Assembly (NCBI RefSeq): GCF_006345805.1
Contig: NW_021826655.1
Location: forward strand, 1-12,398
Direction of reading: 5' to 3'
Source of the DNA: Octopus sinensis
Lineage: Eukaryota
Length of the DNA stretch: 12,398 nt
The first letter of the stretch is position 1. Each line of letters opens with the position of its first letter. Positions 6,745 through 12,398 of this stretch are shown in pieces. The translations under genes and the position numbers were made by a program. The notes under the pieces were generated by a model that saw only the letters and a list, made by a program, of their open reading frames with translations, did not search any database and was not told the DNA's origin.

Positions 6745-7032
6745 AGTCAAAGGGAACTTCTAAACAACAGATGTGTCATTGTCTGAGACATCAAACTACA
6801 TCAAAGATATGCAAGACTTTAAAACTTAACAAGAGAGATGTGTAAGAATTAACACTTCCTCCTCTAAGCCTGGGTTCGAAACCGAATCCTAGAATTCTCG
6901 GTCGTCCAAACCACGACGATCAACAGGCGCGAAAAAAGATTTGCTTTGTTCTGTCAAAAATTGATCGATCACCTCCCTTTGACCTGCGACCTCAGCCATG
7001 TCAGGCAAAGTTCAACTGGACAAGCGCTGACC

Positions 7033-7740
7033 TATATAGGTACTAACTCTGCTGCGGTATGTCTGTTTTTCTAGCTGCCACAAATATTATAAAACCAAGT
7101 GAAACAGGAGAGGCAGCAGACACATGAGATAGATTTATCTACGACCCAAGGTTTTTGGCAGACGACAGAAGCAGGAGTGGCTGTGTGGCAAGTAGCTTGC
7201 CTACCAACCACATGGTTCTGGGTTCAGTCCCACTGCGTGGCATCTTGGGCAAGTGTCTTCTGCTATAGCCTCGGGCCGACCAATGCCTTGTGAGTGGATT
7301 TGGTAGACGGAAACTGAAAGAAGCCTGTCGTATATATGCATATATATGTATGTATGTGTATGTATATGTTTGTGTGTCTGTGTTTGTCCCTCTAGCATTG
7401 CTTGACAACCGATGCTGGTGTGTTTACGTCCCCGTCACTTAGCGGTTCGGCAAAAGAGACCGATGGAATAAGTACTGGGCTTACAAAGAATAAGTCCCGG
7501 GGTCGATTTGCTCGACTAAAGGCGGTGCTCCAGCATGGCCGCAGTCAAATGACTGAAACAAGTAAAAGAGAGTAGTCGATCGGCACTTCGAGCATTTCTC
7601 TCTGTCTCTGTCGTCTGCCAAAAACCTTGGGTCGTAGATAAATCTATCTCATGTGTCTGCTGCTCTCCTGTTTCACTTGGTTTTATATTTGTGGCAGCTA
7701 GAAAAAACAGACATACTGCAGCAGAGTTAGTACCTATATA
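7033..7740. repeat. Inverted repeat pair: 7033-7169 and 7607-7740
   Basis: 137 and 134 bp arms of non-SINE, non-microsatellite sequence. They differ by 1 substitution and 3 small indels, and both outer ends read TATATAGG. Confidence 0.95.
7170..7572 (+). mobile_element. SINE family A, full length
   Basis: A box TGGCTGTGTGG, B box GGTTCAGTCCC, CORE-like CTTGGGCAAGTGTCTT, internal microsatellite 7331-7385, and tail GACTGAAACAAGTAAAAGAG. Confidence 0.95.
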
Positions 7741-8110
7741 TGCTTCCCAACCACATGGTTCCGAGTTCAGTCCCACTGCGTGGCACCTTGGGCGAGTTTC
7801 TTCTACTAATAACCACGGGTTGATTAAAGCCTTGTGAGTGGATTTGGTAGACAGAAACTGAAAGAAGCCTGTAGTATATATGTGTGTATGTGTATTTGTG
7901 TGCGCCTTTGTGTCTGTTTGTCCCCCCCTACCGCCATCGCTTGACAACCGATGTTAGTGTGTTTACGTCCTCGTAACTTAGCGGTTCGACCTGAAACACC
8001 AATGGAATAAGTACTATGCTTCCAAAGAGTAAGTCCTAGTATCGACTTTTTCAACTGAAAAAAAAACCGTTAAGGCGGTGCTCCAGCATGGCCGCAGTCT
8101 AATGAAACAA
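7741..8110 (+). mobile_element. SINE family A lacking the first ~30 nt
   Basis: Starts at TGCTTCCCAACCACATGG and is colinear with 7170-7572 through CCAGCATGGCCGCAGTC. Confidence 0.92.
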
Positions 8111-8130
8111 GCAGAATAGAATACAAGAAT

Positions 8131-8272
8131 GTGCGTGTGTATGTGTGCGTGAGTGCGCGCGCGCATGTGTATGTGTGTACTTTTGCGTGTATGTGTGTGC
8201 TTGTATGTGTGTGTGTATGTGTGCGGGCGTATGTGTGTGTGCGTGTCAAATGACTGAAACAAGTAAAAGAGA
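8131..8272 (+). repeat. (TG)-rich tract ending in an isolated family A tail (GTCAAATGACTGAAACAAGTAAAAGAG, ~8245-8271)
   Basis: Directly visible; the tail matches 7544-7570. Confidence 0.85.
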
Positions 8273-8323
8273 GGATATTGTGTTGTTTTTTCCATTTATG
8301 CAAATTGTCAAATTTAGGCCAAA

Positions 8324-8406
8324 CATCATCACCATCATAATCATCATCATACGCCTGTTTTCTATGCTGGCAAGGGTTGGACGGACGGTTTAACAGGAGC
8401 AGGCAC
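8324..8406 (-). mobile_element. 3' tail of SINE family E with a (GAT)n end
   Basis: Minus strand: AACCGTCC(GTCC)AACCCTTGCCAGCATAGAAAACAGGCGTATGATGATGA, i.e. complex sequence followed by a GAT-repeat tail. The link to 9111-9200 is from recall of this family. Confidence 0.6.
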
Positions 8407-8430
8407 GCACGCGTACACGTATATATACTG

Positions 8431-8835
8431 TTTTACTCTTTTACTTGTTTCAGTCATTTGACTGTGGCCATGCTGGAGAACCGCCTGTAGTCGAGCAAAT
8501 CGACCCCAGGTCTTATTCTTTGTAAGCCTAGTACTTATTCTATCGGTCACTTTTGCCGAACCACTAAGTTACGAGGACGTAAACACACCAGCATCGGTTG
8601 TCAAGCGATGTTGGCGGGGGACAAACACAAGCACACAAACACACACATATATATATATACATATATATGTATATGACGGGCTTCTTTCAGTTTCCGTCTG
8701 CCAAATTCACTCACAAGGCTTTGGTCGGCTCGAGGCTATAGCAGAAGACACTTGCCCAACATGCCACGCAGTTGGGACTGAACCCGGAACCGTGTGGTTG
8801 GTAAGCAAGCTACTTACCACACAGCCACTCCTGCG

Positions 8836-8837
<2 letters not shown>
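8431..8837 (-). mobile_element. SINE family A, full length
   Basis: Reverse complement runs from GGCGCAGGAGTGGCTGTGTGG to GACTGAAACAAGTAAAAGAGTAAAA, with an internal microsatellite at ~8628-8675. Confidence 0.95.
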
Positions 8838-8871
<34 letters not shown>

Positions 8872-8874
<3 letters not shown>

Positions 8875-9091
8875 CTCTTTGGAAGCCTAGTACTTATTCC
8901 ATTGGTGTTTCAGGTCGAACCGCTAGGTTACGAGGACGTAAACACACTAACATCGGTTGTCAAGCGATGGCGGGGGGAGGACAAACAGACACAAAGGCGC
9001 ACACAAATACACATACACACATGTATACTACAGGCTTCTTTCAGTTTCTGTTTACCAAATCCACTCACAAGGCTTTAATCAGCCCGTGGTT
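8872..9091 (-). repeat. Inverted copy of 7811-8032 embedded in a (TA)n tract
   Basis: About 5 substitutions plus one small indel region over ~220 bp. It shares variants seen in no other family A copy here. (TA)n flanks both sides (8838-8871, 9093-9104). Confidence 0.93.
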
Positions 9092-9110
9092 TTATATATA
9101 TATAGGACTT

Positions 9111-9200
9111 CTGGCATGGTTTCTACAACTAGTGCCCTTCCTAACGCCAACCACTTCAGAGTGTACTGGGTGTTTTTTTTTACGTGGCACCAGCACAGGC
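9111..9200 (-). mobile_element. Central segment of SINE family E (V-domain-like)
   Basis: The reverse complement GTGGTTGGCGTTAGGAAGGGCACTAGTTGTAGAAACCATGCCAG resembles the V-SINE motif GGAAGGGCATCC.GCCGTA.AA (from memory). Confidence 0.55.
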
Positions 9201-9350
9201 GCTTATAACGTGACGCCAGCACGGGTGCATTTTACGTGGCGTGGTGTGGGTTCCGTTTTACATGGGTTCCTCCACAGGTGCACTTTTACATGCACCAGCC
9301 CGGTACTTTCTACGTGGCGTCGGAACGGTGTTTTCTATGTGGTGCCGCAG
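9168..9350. repeat. Degenerate minisatellite, ~7 units of ~26 bp
   Basis: Recurrent GGTGC.TTTTACGTGGCACCAGCAC-like units. Confidence 0.85.
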
Positions 9351-9519
9351 GCTCTCTGTGTGTGCGTGTGTGTGTATAAGATTAGCAGAGTAAAACTTCG
9401 ATGTCACAGTCACTGCTTCTATTTCTCGTAAAAGTCTAATAAAAGTGTATTGAATGATTCTTCAGTTTTAATGTTAAATTGTTTTTATTACAACTTGACA
9501 TAACAACAAACATCAATAT

Positions 9520-9525
<6 letters not shown>

Positions 9526-9589
<64 letters not shown>

Positions 9590-9605
9590 TTTTCACACAC
9601 TTACA
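9526..9605. repeat. (TA)n(CA)n microsatellite
   Basis: Directly visible. Confidence 0.95.
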
Positions 9606-9807
9606 CATTCACAGAGACACATTCATATATCTACCAGCGCTGGTTTCCAAAGACTTCCAAAAATAAATCTCAATAAAAGATACAATGTATTGATAAAAAT
9701 AACTTTGTCAATTGATGACAAATATCGCAGATAATCGAAGTGAAAATGTGAATAAAATTCCAATATTTTTTACCAGAAATGTTTCATCTGAAATGTTTTT
9801 CATAGAG

Positions 9808-10104
9808 ACATACATATATACATAAATACATGTGTGTGGGCGTGTGGGTGAGTGTGTGGGCGTGTGTGTGAGTGTGTGTGTGTATCTGTCTGTGTGTGTG
9901 TATATATATATATAGATGTAAACATATACATATATACTATATATATGTGTACATAAACATGTATATATGTGTATGTATATATATATATATATTATATGAG
10001 AGAGAGAGAGTGAGATATAGACATATATATATAGAGATAGATTGATACATACATACATAAATATGCATACATATATATATGCATCGTATCATAGGCATAT
10101 ATAC

Positions 10105-10137
<33 letters not shown>

Positions 10138-10151
10138 TATATGTATATACA

Positions 10152-10195
<44 letters not shown>

Positions 10196-10485
10196 ATGAG
10201 AGAGAGAGAGAGAGAGAGAGAGATAGACATACATGTATACAACCACATATATATACATATTACAAATATACACACACAACACACATATATATATATATAT
10301 ATATATACACATGTATACAAGCGTATATATATATATATATATATACATATAGTTATATATACTTATACGGACATTTATACATATATATGTTCATATGCAT
10401 ATATACATTTCTATTTATATACATATATATGTGCATATATATAAACACACGCACACATAGATATACATACATACACACACATACA
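9808..10485. repeat. Long compound (TG)/(TA)/(GA)/(CA) microsatellite
   Basis: Directly visible; it explains the Y/I/C/V-rich ORFs here. Confidence 0.95.
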
Positions 10486-10487
10486 CT

Positions 10488-10700
10488 TAAAAATCTATTG
10501 TTTTACACACAAAAAACAAGCAAAAATACAAAAATAAAAATAAAACGAAAACAAGGCATTTTTTTTTTATCATCACTTTAATTTTTGTAAAAAAAAAAAA
10601 AATTATATTTAAAACAAAAATTTTGCCATTGAAAGACTCGTAACAAAAAAATAGAAAATAAAAATAAAAAAATAAAAATAAAAAATAAAAATAAAAAATT
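10488..10700. repeat. A-rich low-complexity tract
   Basis: AAAAT-like units and long homopolymers. Confidence 0.85.
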
Positions 10701-11084
10701 CTAAGGAATGAATACAAAAAATTGTTGGAGAATAAGAAATGCGAGATGTTAAAATCAGAACACATTTATGTTACACATCTATGTTACACACACACACGTT
10801 ACACAGTTATACTCCCATACATACTTAGGATGGAAGGTCATGACTTAGAAACTTGTCATTGTTTTGACAGGATATAGCAAGAAGGTAGCTGTTCAACAAG
10901 TGATGATAAAGATATCACTCAGCCACACTTTATATGATAAGAAATATCAGCAGTCTCTCTGGTGAATAACTTTAAATACATTTAGAAGCATCTTTCACTG
11001 ATGCAACTGTAAAATAGTGTTGGTATTCTGTTGTTAACCTTCTCAATGAGACAGAATGTTCTTGATTTTAATCTTTTTGTTATC

Positions 11085-11231
11085 TCTTTTTTTTACTTGT
11101 TTCAGTCACTGGAACTGCGTCCATGCTGGAGCATCACTTTGGTGGGTTTTAAATGAGCAAATCGCCCCCCCCCCCAGTTCTTATTTTTAAACCTGATACA
11201 TATTCTATAGGTCACTTTGCCAATCTGCTAA
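11085..11231 (-). mobile_element. Diverged family A 3' fragment
   Basis: TTTTACTTGTTTCAGTCA...CCATGCTGGAGCATCAC...TATTCTATAGGTCACTTTGCC aligns with 8431-8570. Confidence 0.85.
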
Positions 11232-11288
11232 TATATACGTACATATGTATGTATGTAATATAACACATAATAAGTATATGTATATATA

Positions 11289-11335
<47 letters not shown>

Positions 11336-11515
11336 ATATATATATAATATATATATATGTGTGTGTTGTTGTGTAGTGTTTGTGTGTGTAGTGCTGTGTA
11401 TATGTAGTGTATATATATATATATATATATATAATAGATATATATATATAATATATATATACACACACACATATACATATATATATACCCACATATACAA
11501 TTATATACACACACA
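11232..11515. repeat. Compound (TA)n/(TG)n microsatellite
   Basis: Directly visible. Confidence 0.95.
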
Positions 11516-11859
11516 CACCACCTTGAAATTTTAGTCAAAGAATCGACCCCGGTACTTATTCTTTAACCTGGTACTTATTCTATCTATCTCTTTTGCCGAA
11601 CCGCTAAGTTACAAGGACGTAAACACCCAACACTGGTTGTCAACGGTGCTGAAGGGCAAACAGACACACATAGATTATCTATATAGAAATAGTTATTATA
11701 CGACAGGCTTCTTCAGTTTCCGTCTATGAATCCACTCACAAGGTTTTTGTTGCCAAGGCTAGAGTACAAGATACTTGCCCAAGGTGCCATGCAGTGGGAC
11801 TGAACCAAGAACCATGTGGTTGGAAAACAAGCTTCTTGATACTTAGCCACACCTGTGCC
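11516..11859 (-). mobile_element. SINE family A lacking its terminal tail
   Basis: Head (reverse complement GGCACAGGTGTGGCTAAG...GGTTCAGTCCCACTGC), CORE-like motif and body are colinear with 8431-8837. Confidence 0.9.
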
Positions 11860-11968
11860 TATATATATATAGATATATATAGATATATATCATAATATAT
11901 ATAATATATACATACATACATACATATATACATACATACATACATTACATGTATGTATGTATGTATGT
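11860..11968. repeat. (TA)n/(TACA)n microsatellite
   Basis: Directly visible. Confidence 0.95.
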
Positions 11969-12084
11969 TTTTTTTATGTTCAGTTATAATAAAAACAATC
12001 TATATAATCTGATGTGGAACTCCATACTTTTGCAGAGGACAAATACTTAAACAAGAATATCAATGACAGTGATGCAAAGTTCCA

Positions 12085-12130
12085 GCTAGTCTGACGATGG
12101 CTCAACTGGTGAAACTTCGAAGTCCCTATC
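12085..12130 (+). ncRNA. Degenerate minimal hammerhead-like motif
   Basis: CUGACGA (12091-97), GAAAC-UUCGAA-GUC (12111-12124), stem I 4 of 6 pairs, poor stem II. Confidence 0.3.
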
Positions 12131-12166
12131 AATAATATTCTTGTGTAAGAATTTTATGCATATATA

Positions 12167-12398
12167 GGCGTAGCGTGTCTGTGTGGTAAGGAGCTTGCTT
12201 CCCAACCACATGGTTCCTGGTTCAGTCCCACTGCTTAGCACCTGGGGTAAGTGTCTTCCACAATAGTCCGGGCCAACCAAAACCTTGTGAGTGGATTTGG
12301 TAGAAGGAACTGAATTAAGCCCATCATATGTATGTGTGTGGTATGTCTGTGCTTGTCCCCCCCACATCGCTTGACAACCAATGTTGGTGTATTTATGT
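12167..12398 (+). mobile_element. SINE family A 5' half, cut by the window end
   Basis: TATATA-GGCGTAGCGTGTCTGTGTGG head, B box GGTTCAGTCCC, and body to CATCGCTTGACAACCAATGTTGGTGT. Confidence 0.9.

Noticed and set aside
6860-6930. Faint tRNA-like head on the minus strand (GGTTTCGAACCC)
   Set aside because: Only a B-box-like motif is convincing, and there is no matching body in the window.
9168-9350. CRISPR-like array
   Set aside because: The units are contiguous and degenerate with no unique spacers, and the context is eukaryotic. It is a minisatellite.
9620-9805. Possible further Penelope-like fragment; small palindrome TTGTCA-ATTGA-TGACAA
   Set aside because: No hammerhead core or ORF is visible, and a 6-bp stem is expected by chance in AT-rich DNA.
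10820-11030. Possible exon on the minus strand (TTTTACAG acceptor, GTATGT donor)
   Set aside because: All three frames contain stops between the sites, and no recognisable peptide is present.
2022-11538. Numerous 60-240 aa ORFs rich in Y, I, C, V, H and T
   Set aside because: They are translations of (TA)n, (TG)n and (TACA)n tracts, which lack stops in some frames. They show no domain content.

Overview
Eukaryotic, gene-free, repeat-saturated DNA. The repeat families look like those of an octopus (coleoid cephalopod) genome; this is recognition from memory, not a database result. No intact host gene is supported, and almost all ORF-track entries are microsatellite translations. The window holds about 18 tRNA-derived SINE copies or fragments from five working families (my labels A-E), long (TA)n/(TACA)n/(CA)n tracts, a 5'-truncated RTE-like LINE end encoding three C2H2 fingers (3025-3333, minus), and a degenerate R4/Dong-like ORF end. 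Main signals: (1) a ~260-bp palindrome (5556-5815) whose two arms each carry a minimal type I hammerhead-ribozyme fold with a non-canonical CCGAUGA core, typical of Penelope-like element termini; (2) three local ~130-220 bp inverted duplications, all ending at or sitting in TATATA tracts, which suggests TA-primed template switching (assembly artefact must be excluded); (3) an old chimeric SINE joining the family A-type head to the family D-type 3' half, itself interrupted by a younger SINE with a perfect 20-bp target-site duplication.
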